From Escherichia phage FEC14: a stretch of DNA of 64,000 nt. The stretch's first letter is position 1. Each line of letters begins with the position of its first letter. Under the pieces are notes generated by a model. The model saw only the letters and a program-made list of their open reading frames with translations, made no database searches and was not told the DNA's origin. Shown piece by piece: positions 37,632 to 47,083 of the stretch. A program made the translations under genes and the position numbers. Where the stretch lies: the sequence record MG383452. The stretch is one strand, 5' to 3'.

Positions 37632-38486
37632 TTAGCTCCTTGTGCTTTCTAGGAATACAGTAAATCCAGCAGGATGAAAATGCTGACGGAAGACGCGCTC
37701 AAACACACCTTCAAAATCAGATACGTCGCCTGGGACTCCTATAACATAAGTGTATTCATCATAATAGTAATCATCACGCATCCCTGTCGTGCCGTCACAT
37801 TCAAAATTTCCGTCCAGACCGCCTATGTCTTCTTTCGTAAAATAGACGCTGACTGGACAACCGAAATATATCCAAAAGAACAATTCAATCGCTTTCTTTG
37901 TTCCACGTATTTTATAGATGTGTTTCAACAATTTCAGCCAACGCGGATGATCCAGAGTTCTCCGTTTCGTTCCTTCGATATAAACAGAGAACGTATCGCC
38001 CGTGGCCGTCAATAAAGAATCCGAACCGACTGGGATAAAATGTCCAAATTCTTGAAATGATTTATCAACAGTTCGTTGGAAACCAAAATCATTATACCAG
38101 TCATCTATCTGTTTGTTCTTATCTTCTATTGACAATAGCGGCCTTCCGTCGGCATCTAAAAGTTCTTCGGCATCCAGAGCCATCATGTTCTCAAAGGTAC
38201 GAACCAAGAATTTATCAGACAAATAATCCTTGGCCTCTGAGCCTGGAGTCTTGTCAGCCTTTAAATCAATCAGCTGTTTAACCGGAGAATCTTCACTCTC
38301 GGGATTCATCCAACTAGACGTATCTGCCAGATATGCCAAGATCTCTTCTTGAGTGAACCCCTGCTGTCTATACAGCCAATTGAAGAACGTGTCCATAAAT
38401 TCTATGAACAGAGGGAAATCATTCTGGTAGAACAACGGGGTTTCATACTTAACCCCGTTGTGTCCATTATTAAGATCTTTGGACAT
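37632..38486 (-). CDS. putative baseplate component
   Basis: Internal ATG (MSKDLNNG...) chosen; sits between the baseplate wedge-like and tail-fibre genes. Confidence 0.4.
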   Translation of the reverse strand: MSKDLNNGHNGVKYETPLFYQNDFPLFIEFMDTFFNWLYRQQGFTQEEILAYLADTSSWMNPESEDSPVKQLIDLKADKTPGSEAKDYLSDKFLVRTFENMMALDAEELLDADGRPLLSIEDKNKQIDDWYNDFGFQRTVDKSFQEFGHFIPVGSDSLLTATGDTFSVYIEGTKRRTLDHPRWLKLLKHIYKIRGTKKAIELFFWIYFGCPVSVYFTKEDIGGLDGNFECDGTTGMRDDYYYDEYTYVIGVPGDVSDFEGVFERVFRQHFHPAGFTVFLESTRS

Positions 38487-40251
38487 AGCGCACCTCTGGC
38501 GTAACAACCACATCACCAATCTTGAATACTTGGTTTTGTGTAGCCTGTATGTTCTGGTTCAGTCCATCCGGTAACACGACTATGGTCACCCCTTCAGGGT
38601 TATAGTTAGAGACCGTGATCTGCTGAAGGTCTACAACCCCATTTGCATAATCCACAACCCCTGTTTTTTGAACTAAAAACTCTTTTGTCGTGTCATTGTT
38701 ATTCACTTTATACATGTTCAAATCGCCATTATTGTCGCGCATGTAGTAAGTGAAATCCACCTCGGCAGGAAGCGGTTTGAACCCCGTTATTTTCACAGAA
38801 CCAGGTTTGATACTTCGTCCATAACTGAATGTGAAACTGTCTAAGACTCCATAATCAGGTTTGAAATGGCGTTTATAACCAACCGAAGTAATATTCGAGT
38901 TAATAGAACGCTCCATTTTTGTAATTGCTTCCTGCAATATTTCTTTGTCAAACAATTGATCAAATCCGCCGAGATTATTTTCACCCCATTTAACGATACT
39001 GTTTCCAACAACAACTTTCATCTGTTCTTCAACGTAGACTGTAGAAGTAGGATCCCAAAATATAGTCGTTGAGACTTGGATATATGTGATCTCGGAGTCT
39101 ACTACTTTGGGGGTAATAGATCCCACATTATACTTGTCCAGAGCAGCAACGATATCGGCCTTCTCAGCGTCCGAAAGTGTCTCACCAACAGAAGGTATAA
39201 CAGCGATGTAAACATAGCCAGAATCAGGAGGAGACAGCGTGTCACCACCATATGATTTAGCTCGGGAGACGTTGGAGAATAACCTTTCAGTCAATACACC
39301 ATAATCTGTTTCTGTAACCGCCGCACCATCAGCCTGATAAGCTAAAGGAGCCAACCGTTTAGTGTCCTCAATAGATTCTGGATCGTCTCCACCTGCGCTA
39401 CGTTCGGAAACCAATTCTACGTCGACCTGGTTAAACCCGCCTATGGATGACGCTGATGACAGGCTTGTAATATCATTCCCATCAGCACCAGAAGTTTCTA
39501 AGTATTGAAGGAATATGACGTTCCCATCTTCTACTCGACGCGAAAGATAACCATCTCCGAATTCAAACACATACAGACCATCAATACCCAATTCTACGAA
39601 ATACAGGTAGGCATATTGGCTCAGATCAAATGGACTGTTGTAACGTTGATATGTCGTCGAAACGTCGGAAGACTCTGATTCTTGTACTTGCACGACCATA
39701 TGATTGATATCGACATTCCCAGAAGGAATCGTATATGTTGAAATCGCGCTTCCTTCAACATCATATGTCTTGTACAACCAATTCCCCTGTACCAACTTTA
39801 CATTGTTGAACATGTAATAACCGTCTGCAGTCAACGTTGCCGACACTGGTTTCTCAACAGTAAAGTTGTAGGAACTGCCGTCTTTTGCCCCAACGAACAT
39901 TACGCGCCGATCCATGATGATCTCATTGGGGGCTGTGCTGGCGTCATAAGGCGTAACTTTGATGTTGACATACATGTATGCTGCCCGATAGTTGTCAGGC
40001 GTGTAGGAAAGAAATGCAGCAGATAAACCGACGTTTGAACGTTGATTTGCTGTCTTCAAATGGCCTTCACCATTAAGCATGTTTTGCATAAAGGCTATGG
40101 CGTTCGCGTCAGATGCCAACAAACGAATAATCGCACTAAGACCAGAACCTTCAAAGTCATAATCTTTAAAGGTGGGATCAGCTTTCATTCGCTGTTTAAT
40201 AATGTATTCAAATGCTCTGACGTCGAGTGAAGGAACTGTTTGCGTGGCCAT
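38470..40251 (-). CDS. baseplate wedge-like protein (gp6 position)
   Basis: 593 aa from the ATG with GGAGA RBS; the track ORF start at 40302 is a non-ATG codon that overlaps the promoter box. Confidence 0.45.
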   Translation of the reverse strand: MATQTVPSLDVRAFEYIIKQRMKADPTFKDYDFEGSGLSAIIRLLASDANAIAFMQNMLNGEGHLKTANQRSNVGLSAAFLSYTPDNYRAAYMYVNIKVTPYDASTAPNEIIMDRRVMFVGAKDGSSYNFTVEKPVSATLTADGYYMFNNVKLVQGNWLYKTYDVEGSAISTYTIPSGNVDINHMVVQVQESESSDVSTTYQRYNSPFDLSQYAYLYFVELGIDGLYVFEFGDGYLSRRVEDGNVIFLQYLETSGADGNDITSLSSASSIGGFNQVDVELVSERSAGGDDPESIEDTKRLAPLAYQADGAAVTETDYGVLTERLFSNVSRAKSYGGDTLSPPDSGYVYIAVIPSVGETLSDAEKADIVAALDKYNVGSITPKVVDSEITYIQVSTTIFWDPTSTVYVEEQMKVVVGNSIVKWGENNLGGFDQLFDKEILQEAITKMERSINSNITSVGYKRHFKPDYGVLDSFTFSYGRSIKPGSVKITGFKPLPAEVDFTYYMRDNNGDLNMYKVNNNDTTKEFLVQKTGVVDYANGVVDLQQITVSNYNPEGVTIVVLPDGLNQNIQATQNQVFKIGDVVVTPEVRYVQRS

Positions 40252-40291
40252 GATAATCTCCATCACCTGAGTTTGAATATGGTGTTGAAGA

Positions 40292-40298
40292 TATTTAG
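40292..40298 (-). promoter_or_regulatory. late-promoter-like CTAAATA box
   Basis: Minus strand reads ttggCTAAATAtcttc about 45 nt upstream of the ATG at 40251. Confidence 0.4.
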
Positions 40299-40368
40299 CC
40301 AACGGGAATCAAAACGCTCGCGCGCGTTTAATTTATTCGAATATACTCGCGAGGGGGCTGACGCCCTC

Positions 40369-40618
40369 GCTCGTAACACCGCCTTGACAGGCAGTCCCAT
40401 TCCACAGCCATGGAGGCTGCTTCTCGTTGTTCGTTAACACTCACAACTCGAAGGGCACCGCGTTAAGATACAGTTTCTTGATGTTGTAGAAAAGCTCGTA
40501 ACACCGCCTTGACAGGCAGTCCCATTCCACAGCCATGGAGGCTGCTTCTCGTTGTTCGTTAACACTCACAACTCGAAGGGCACCGCGTTAAGATACAGTT
40601 TCTTGATGTTGTAGAAAA
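40369..40618. repeat. 125-bp direct tandem repeat, two near-identical copies
   Basis: gctcgtaacaccgccttgacaggcag...gatgttgtagaaaag occurs twice head-to-tail, preceded by hairpin gcgaggg-ggctgacg-ccctcgc; lies in the divergent intergenic region 40303-40728. Confidence 0.8.
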
Positions 40619-40728
40619 GTAGTTTTTACCTATTAATAAATCACGCTCCTATTTTGTTGGCCTTTAATTCAATAACACTTGTACGAATATAATAGTTTGG
40701 ACAAACAACCGTTATCAAGGAACCTCTC

Positions 40729-41301
40729 ATGCATATCAACACTGCTGTATTAAAACATATCATCCCTTTGTTAGAAAAATATGAAGGGAAAGTAATGTCT
40801 GAAGTGCCATTTGAGAAAATTCGCACCGAAATAAAGCGTCTGACAAATAAAGATGTCAATTACCGTCGTGTCCTTTCTTCTGGGGTAGAACTTGCAAAGT
40901 CTGACTTCAAAACATCTTCGACATTCTCTTTTAATATCGATGCCACTGCGACACTAATGGGTGAATTAATGCAGTCAACACAATCTCGCCGTGACCGCTT
41001 TCGTCATTTATGTGTTGCTAATGATTTACCGATCACCCGCGTTGGAATCAAATTGGAGGCAATCCGTTCTGACACTTGCTTCACGATAAATTATATTGTC
41101 GAGCCAGGCTCTCAACACATTTATTTTGCCGCCGTGATCGGTTTCTACGGCACCTCCATCAATGGGTGGGCTGAGCGCGTTGAATTAAAAGAGACACTGA
41201 ATAAACACAGCACTCCTTCCACTCATTATATGTCACAGGCCGCCGCCCGTGAATATGTGTATCTGATTGAGCGCGATGTGAAGTTAAAAGTGGTAAAATA
41301 A
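40729..41301 (+). CDS. hypothetical protein
   Basis: 190-aa ORF, AAGGAA RBS and ATG; first gene of the rightward cluster. Confidence 0.5.
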   Translation: MHINTAVLKHIIPLLEKYEGKVMSEVPFEKIRTEIKRLTNKDVNYRRVLSSGVELAKSDFKTSSTFSFNIDATATLMGELMQSTQSRRDRFRHLCVANDLPITRVGIKLEAIRSDTCFTINYIVEPGSQHIYFAAVIGFYGTSINGWAERVELKETLNKHSTPSTHYMSQAAAREYVYLIERDVKLKVVK

Positions 41302-41358
41302 CGCTTTATTCAATAAATAATTGTAGTAAAGTTAGTTGCATGGAAGGGAGGGAACACT

Positions 41359-41505
41359 ATGTTTTACATGATGTTACTCCTCATCCTCCTGATCGGGATT
41401 ACCTGCTCTCTCCTGGGTCTACCTGATCAGTCCGGTAAACAGTTGCCCACTTCGGCGCATCCGGTTTTGAGTGAAGGTTCGTCCGCACTGCTGTGGGCAG
41501 TGTAG
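41359..41505 (+). CDS. small hydrophobic peptide (about 48 aa)
   Basis: Strong GGAAGGGAGGG RBS then ATG; my translation gives MFYMMLLLILLIGITCSLLG... Below ORF-track cutoff. Confidence 0.3.
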   Translation: MFYMMLLLILLIGITCSLLGLPDQSGKQLPTSAHPVLSEGSSALLWAV

Positions 41506-43775
41506 CTCAAAGGGGAGAGGACTTTTCAAATTAGCTGGGCTGCGGTAAAGTATTAAACATGAGGGAAATAACACAGTGGGAGTCGGGTTTGCAGCCCAAA
41601 ACCAGTTAACCCCTAGTCTCAGGGGCTTGTGTGAATAGAGGCGTAATAGCCACCTCGCTGGTGTCAGTGGACGCACTTGACCGTCGGAGAACGAAACTCC
41701 CTGTTGTAGCGTGATTAGCTCAGAAAAACGAGAGCACCCCGTTGGCAAGTCGACACCAACATATAAGGGGAGGTCGGGGGCGCTAATCTCCATCACGCCG
41801 ACAACATTATGAATCTTCATAGAGGGTTCATAATGTTGCGTCAAAGGGCAACAAGAGGATTCCTGTTGGTTGAATTAACTTGATTCATAGTTCCTGCTGA
41901 TCTTCCCGGATTCAGAAGAACACCGACAGGACGAGGCCGGATGCGTAAGTTCCGGCAAATCGATGGTGAGGTGGTGAGGTGGTGCATTGGTGACACGGGG
42001 TAGCGCTCAGAAGTTTGGTTCGATTCCGCACCCTCTCCAACAAAAATAAAAGGTTTTATCAATAACGGGTTACAAAGTATAGTTAACTCACTGAACGGCA
42101 AGCTGTTTGAGTCCTGGCCACTCATAGCGATGTGAGACCAAGACAGGTAGGTTTAGGACTCAAACAGGTTTTCGTTCTCGTTGCTTGCGACTTTGCGGGT
42201 TTTTAGAAACTGACCACAAAGATAAATGCAAACGATAACACGTTCCTGGCAGTAGCTTAACAGCCATACACCAGTGAGGTCTTCCGATTCCTCATCACCA
42301 AATTCGGCGCACTAAAATAGACGGGAGGGTGTGATTAATAATCTCCCGTCGACAATGAGCGGAGCGTGTACTTAATAGGTCGATGGGAGCAGACTACTTC
42401 TGAGAAATCAGGAGCGTACATGAGAAGGTTCGAGTCCTTCCTCCAATCCCAACGCCGTTATATCTGACTGTCCAAAGGGGATAAGCTCCTGAGTAGGCAG
42501 AGGTGGGTTGCCTAAGTCAGATGGGATGTAAGGTCAGCGCTGGCCAAGCATTTGGGTTCGACTCCCTAAAACGGCTCCATATCTTTGAGGGCATTCCGCG
42601 TCAGACGCGAGACTGTATGGAGTTTCAGGAGAAAGGCAACTTAAATCCGAGGCAGTAATGCCCTATGAAATATCGGAGCCTGTTGTACACTGAGTGCCCT
42701 CAAAGATGTGTCTCACAGCGCATCAGTTTGCAGTTATGCAAGCTTCAATAAGTTAAAACGCGCCTCGGGCGTTATGGGATAAAGCCTTAAACAGTGGAAT
42801 CCCCAGGGCTAGCAATCCCTGTCAAAGAAGTAGCCGTGTGGGGGGGTTTGCCCCCACAACGCAAATCGAAGTTCTCTGGGTATATCTTTTAACCCTCAAG
42901 GTCTGTACACAGAAGTGGCCGTCCCATGAGTAAGTTAGGCGATATACAACATGTTGGGTCGAACCTGTTAAGCCCAGAGAACTTCGATTTGCGTACTTGA
43001 GAGAGCGTTGTATGAAATAGGGCAATGCCTTGCAGACCTCGACGCCTACACATTCTAGACACTGGTGGGCGCTGGCGAAGATCTCAATATAAGCTGGTCA
43101 TCAAGGGTAGCTCCCTGACTAGACGAACAATGAGAGGCCGAACTAAGGGGAAACCCGAGACAGGCGCAGTATTCTCGAGTTCGCAAAACAGTGATCATCT
43201 GACAAGTGTGATCACTCTTCGATAGAGACATTACATCGTGGCCATCAACCACATCCTCGCTCTAGTGATGAGTGGTGTTATGTTTCTGTCGGCCAGCCTC
43301 GTTTGGTCCGAGCGATAGAGGACAAGTATTCGGTGTGACGAAGACATTGAATGCGAGTTGTGACATTTGGTTGCAACTTTGATGGCTCTGGATTTCATAA
43401 ACCATGTCTATGGGTGACGCGGGATCTTTAGTACCAGAGCCATCAAAGTTGTGTCCAACCCGATCTTGCAAGCCCGTATCCCTGTATGGTCAAGACTTGC
43501 AAGTGGAAAGCCCTGGAAAAATAAACGCCTGTGGTGAGGCTACGGTGCAAGCCAAAGACCCACAGAAGCGCGTTGCCGTGAGGCGCACAAACAGGCATGC
43601 ATGAACTGATCATGTACAAACGGGATAAAGGGTTGAGAGACCTTGGTTGGTCACACAATAAATTATGGGGCGATAGTTTAAGGGACAGCTGTCCGGACAG
43701 CGAGTCCCCAGAGAGAACAGGCTGGCGGCCAAACCAGCAAGGAGAGGTGAAAATCCTCAGACCCCGCCAAATTTT

Positions 43776-43851
43776 GGCCCCGTAGCTCAGTGGTTAGAGC
43801 AGTCGACTCATAATCGATTGGTCGCTGGTTCAAGTCCAGCCAGGGTCACCA
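43776..43851 (+). tRNA. tRNA-Met (anticodon CAT)
   Basis: Folds by hand into a cloverleaf: acceptor ggccccg/cagggtc, D-arm gctc-agtggtt-agagc, anticodon loop ctCATaa, T-arm gctgg-ttcaagt-ccagc, 3' CCA encoded. Confidence 0.8.
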
Positions 43852-43858
43852 CTAAATA
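43852..43858 (+). promoter_or_regulatory. CTAAATA late-promoter-like box on the plus strand
   Basis: ctaaataaacc immediately 3' of the tRNA-Met CCA end, about 35 nt upstream of the small ORF ATG at 43889. Confidence 0.35.
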
Positions 43859-43888
43859 AACCAGTTGTTCAATAAACAATTGGTGAGT

Positions 43889-44089
43889 ATGATGAAAACG
43901 TTCGGTGATTTTCTTACTGAGTGGGATGGTCTCGCTACCGACAACAAAGAGATTGTTGAGTTTGTTGAAAAGCGAGGCGATAAGTGGGTTGTCCTTGACC
44001 ACACCAAGACTAAAGTTCTTGGGACACATGACACCAAAGCTGACGCGGACGCCCAATTAAGGGCGATCGAAGCGAATAAACATAGTTGA
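43889..44089 (+). CDS. small hypothetical protein
   Basis: ATGATG start with GGTGAG upstream; lies between two tRNA genes. Confidence 0.4.
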   Translation: MMKTFGDFLTEWDGLATDNKEIVEFVEKRGDKWVVLDHTKTKVLGTHDTKADADAQLRAIEANKHS

Positions 44090-44102
44090 AGGGTTCTATA
44101 TT

Positions 44103-44237
44103 ATGAAGAATATTTGGGTGGTAATTTCCAACAGAATTCGCGCTAGTTGGGAAGGTCGGATGGTGAGCATCAAGAACGGGTCTCATCCAAAAACTTACGA
44201 TCGTTATGATCCTGCCCTGGGTCTTCATGCAGAATAA
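44103..44237 (+). CDS. small hypothetical protein (about 44 aa)
   Basis: Short ATG ORF from my own reading of the plus strand; below ORF-track cutoff. Confidence 0.2.
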   Translation: MKNIWVVISNRIRASWEGRMVSIKNGSHPKTYDRYDPALGLHAE

Positions 44238-44263
44238 AGAGTGTTTACGAAAGTAAGAATAGA

Positions 44264-44339
44264 GACGATGTAGTTCAGTCGGTAGAACGGCGGTCTGTTA
44301 AATCGTATGTCGCAGGTTCAAGTCCTGCCATCGTCGCCA
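44264..44339 (+). tRNA. tRNA-Asn (anticodon GTT)
   Basis: Acceptor gacgatg/catcgtc pairs perfectly; D-arm gttc-agtcggta-gaac; anticodon loop ctGTTaa; T-arm gcagg-ttcaagt-cctgc; CCA encoded. Confidence 0.8.
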
Positions 44340-45006
44340 GGATTATGTCGGGCCTTGCAGGATGGAATAGAGATCCTGTTTTGATGTCCAGGGGAGTCTA
44401 GTATTCAAAGTGAACATATGATAGCTTTGAAGAAACACAAACTAAAGATTGGGGTTTGAATCCCCCGCCCGACGACAAACAATGGGTGTGAAACGAAAGC
44501 AAGTAAGCACGAAGTACGCGAACGACAAGTTCTCTCGAGCGACGTCTAATAGCCGAACGGAATCTGAACCCGACGAAAGTAACGCCCACCAAATTCAGAG
44601 TGTAGAGGCTACAGTAGTGCGCACCTCACGGAAAGCTACACCGGACACTCTGATACAAATCTATCACTGCGTGGATTAGCTGAGGAAGGATGGCCGATGT
44701 CCTCAAGCGTGGCCCAGCACGTGGTGGTAGACCAAACACAGTAAGCGTTGCAGCCAGCTGTGTATAAAATGGGGTGACTCCACATCGAAAACGATGCCCC
44801 AACTTCCAGAAATGGTCGGGCGCGAAGCCTGTAAAGTTCCAGGAGATCGAACCAGAAGGCACTGGTGCCAGTTAACCAATCGGCGCTGATAAGCGCGGGG
44901 AGTTGGGCTACGGCAGATCAAATGCACAATCGGGTGTGAAGCCCGTCCTAATTTCGCGGGAGCCATAGGGGTTGGCCAGTAGCTGACTGCTCTCCCGCTC
45001 CAAATT

Positions 45007-45095
45007 GGAAGGTTGCCCGAGAGGTTTAAGGGACTCGACTGCTAATCGAGTGGGGCTTTTAGCCCCCGAAGGTTCGAATCCTTCACCTTCCGCCA
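45007..45095 (+). tRNA. tRNA-Ser (anticodon GCT), long variable arm
   Basis: Acceptor ggaaggt/accttcc; anticodon stem ctcga/tcgag with loop ctGCTaa; 17-nt variable arm tggggcttttagccccc; T-arm gaagg-ttcgaat-ccttc; CCA encoded. Confidence 0.8.
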
Positions 45096-45098
45096 AAT

Positions 45099-45184
45099 TG
45101 CTTCATAGCTCGAGTGGTAGAGCGCAGGAAAGTTTCGAGAGAACAAGGTGCCTGAGGTCACTGGTTCGAATCCAGTTGAAGCAA
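45099..45184 (+). ncRNA. tRNA-like element with non-canonical anticodon region
   Basis: Acceptor tgcttca/tgaagca (7/7 pairs), canonical D-arm and T-arm actgg-ttcgaat-ccagt, but the 35 nt between them do not fold into a standard anticodon arm by hand. Confidence 0.3.
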
Positions 45185-45479
45185 TCAGAATAATGAGTGT
45201 GACTTCCTGAAGATGAAGAAGGTGTGCATGCCGACTTCATAACAATCTGGGGTTAAGGAAGTTAAGAAAGTCGCAGGATATGCAAGTGAAATGCAAATAG
45301 CTTTCAACGTCCTGACGATTTCGGGTTCGATTCCCGACGCACTCTCCCAAACGCCTAATACTAGAAATTGCTGTGAGTAGTCTTTCCATCCCCACGATGG
45401 TTTAACCATAGCCCGATCAGGAAGATCGGGCTTCTTTTTGTCTATAATAAATAGATCTGGCTTGTAAAGGAGGTCTATT

Positions 45480-45713
45480 ATGGCAACTGCTAAGATCACA
45501 CCAAACGCAAGTACATGGACGCAAGTCTCAGACGGCACATCTTTGAAAACTCTTCAAGTGACTCACGGTTCTGTGTATCTGTGTGATAGCCCCAGCGCTC
45601 CAACGGGTAATAACGCGCATATCATATATCAAGGAAATATGGTCGTTTTAACCCCGCCGACGGTGGGATGGGTTAAGGCAATTAATTCTGATGCGACAGT
45701 TATCGTTTCTTAA
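45480..45713 (+). CDS. hypothetical protein
   Basis: 77-aa ORF, AAGGAGG RBS. Confidence 0.5.
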   Translation: MATAKITPNASTWTQVSDGTSLKTLQVTHGSVYLCDSPSAPTGNNAHIIYQGNMVVLTPPTVGWVKAINSDATVIVS

Positions 45714-45722
45714 GGAGGGAGT

Positions 45723-46241
45723 ATGGCTATTTTGACATCTCCCTATTTGGGGAATATGCTTCAGACCCACCGCATTAAAACAGAAGTCAGATTTTCTGGA
45801 TTGTCACAACTGCTAACTTCTGGGGCAACTGGAATAGATTTGTTAACTGTGTTGGATGGAAAGACACCAAACCTTTCTTCTCCTACTGGTTTGGCTCCGT
45901 TCTTTAAATTATCAGATCACAAATTTCATGCGTTTCCCTATGATTCTATTCTTCCTGTGAAGGTTAATATTGTCGGATCATGGTCTGGGTCTACTTCTAA
46001 TAGAACCATGATATTAGATTTTGTGGGTTCTGTGGGGAACCAGTTATCAAGAAGTCGTGATGCTAGCGTACCGCCGCCGGACACTTTGTCTTTCATTACG
46101 TTCTTCAGTGTTGACAAGGATGGGAACCTGGCGACCAACGGGGCGCAAATGAAACTGTACTCTTATGGTGGTGACTTTACCATTACCGAGGTCGTGTTGA
46201 TCGCTGAGCAGGTTGTCCCACTCTATATGACTAGTATTTGA
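45723..46241 (+). CDS. hypothetical protein
   Basis: 172-aa ORF, AAGGAGGGAG RBS. Confidence 0.5.
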   Translation: MAILTSPYLGNMLQTHRIKTEVRFSGLSQLLTSGATGIDLLTVLDGKTPNLSSPTGLAPFFKLSDHKFHAFPYDSILPVKVNIVGSWSGSTSNRTMILDFVGSVGNQLSRSRDASVPPPDTLSFITFFSVDKDGNLATNGAQMKLYSYGGDFTITEVVLIAEQVVPLYMTSI

Positions 46242-46312
46242 TTTGTTCAATGAGGAAGAGGGGTTTAAAATTTAACCGTTTATAAACCCCTTCATTGATT
46301 TGAGGAAACAAC

Positions 46313-47014
46313 ATGCGTAATGTTACGATTTGGGATTACAACGATGTCGTTTGTGACCTGCCTCCATTTGCTCGCCTGTACACATACAAAGGGAACAAAC
46401 GTACTCTGAATGAGTTCTTGTATCCGGCATATATCTATCGGGACGGGCATCTTGCTCCGCGATCACTTGAAGAAACTGGTGTGTGCACTCCTTTTGATAT
46501 CAACAAGAAAGGGCAAGCGGTATTCATTGGTTATTCCAGCGAAGACGACATGGTAAATGGTCGACGCGGTCTGTATATGGTGTTCAATACATTTGAGCAA
46601 GCCGTGAATTGGTTATTCAAAAATGGTTATGATTTCTATGGTGAAGAGAGTTCTACTGCTCGCCGCCGTAAAGTAAAGAATGTTGATTTCTACGCAGAGC
46701 GCAAGAAATATCTGGATATCGCTCATCAATATGAGCAATCTAAGAAATCCGTTCTAATCAAACCATGCGTTACGGTCGGTGAAGAAGTGAGTGTCGTGGA
46801 CAATTCCTATTTGGATCAGGCAATTAAATCTTTGAAGCCAACTCCTCTGGCCAGTGGTGCTCCGGTTGTTAAACATGACAGTTCAATCCCGACACCGCCT
46901 ACTCCTCCGGCCAGTCGTGTTCTGAATGATCAGGGCGCTCCGGTAAAACAAAAGGTCGAGAAGCCGACTTTCATGGATAACATGATGAAGTTCCTTCGTC
47001 TGTTCAAGAAGTAA
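46313..47014 (+). CDS. hypothetical protein
   Basis: 233-aa ORF, GAGGAAA RBS. Confidence 0.5.
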   Translation: MRNVTIWDYNDVVCDLPPFARLYTYKGNKRTLNEFLYPAYIYRDGHLAPRSLEETGVCTPFDINKKGQAVFIGYSSEDDMVNGRRGLYMVFNTFEQAVNWLFKNGYDFYGEESSTARRRKVKNVDFYAERKKYLDIAHQYEQSKKSVLIKPCVTVGEEVSVVDNSYLDQAIKSLKPTPLASGAPVVKHDSSIPTPPTPPASRVLNDQGAPVKQKVEKPTFMDNMMKFLRLFKK

Positions 47015-47083
47015 TCCGAGATTCTCCTTTTCTATACTCCTGTAGATACGCTATGATAAGCCAATGCCTACAGGAGAAATAGA

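Noticed and set aside
40369-40618. Possible CRISPR array
   Set aside because: Only two copies of a 125-bp unit, directly adjacent with no spacers, and no cas genes; it is a tandem duplication, not a CRISPR array.
42383-42455. tRNA candidate anchored on T-arm gaagg-ttcgagt-ccttc with a 3' CCA
   Set aside because: The only possible 5' acceptor lies too close to the T-arm to leave room for D and anticodon arms; not called.
42454-42568. tRNA candidate ending aaacggc-t-cca
   Set aside because: The matching 5' acceptor is about 115 nt upstream, too long for a tRNA; T-stem has a mismatch.
41419-45096. Track ORFs in the tRNA region (for example 41419..41844 -, 44703..44966 -, 44908..45096 -)
   Set aside because: They overlap hand-folded tRNA genes or each other, lack RBSs and have no consistent strand; the region is better explained as non-coding RNA.
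45185-45538. 117-aa minus-strand ORF overlapping the start of the plus-strand gene cluster
   Set aside because: It overlaps a plus-strand gene with a strong RBS and a tRNA-like element; likely spurious.
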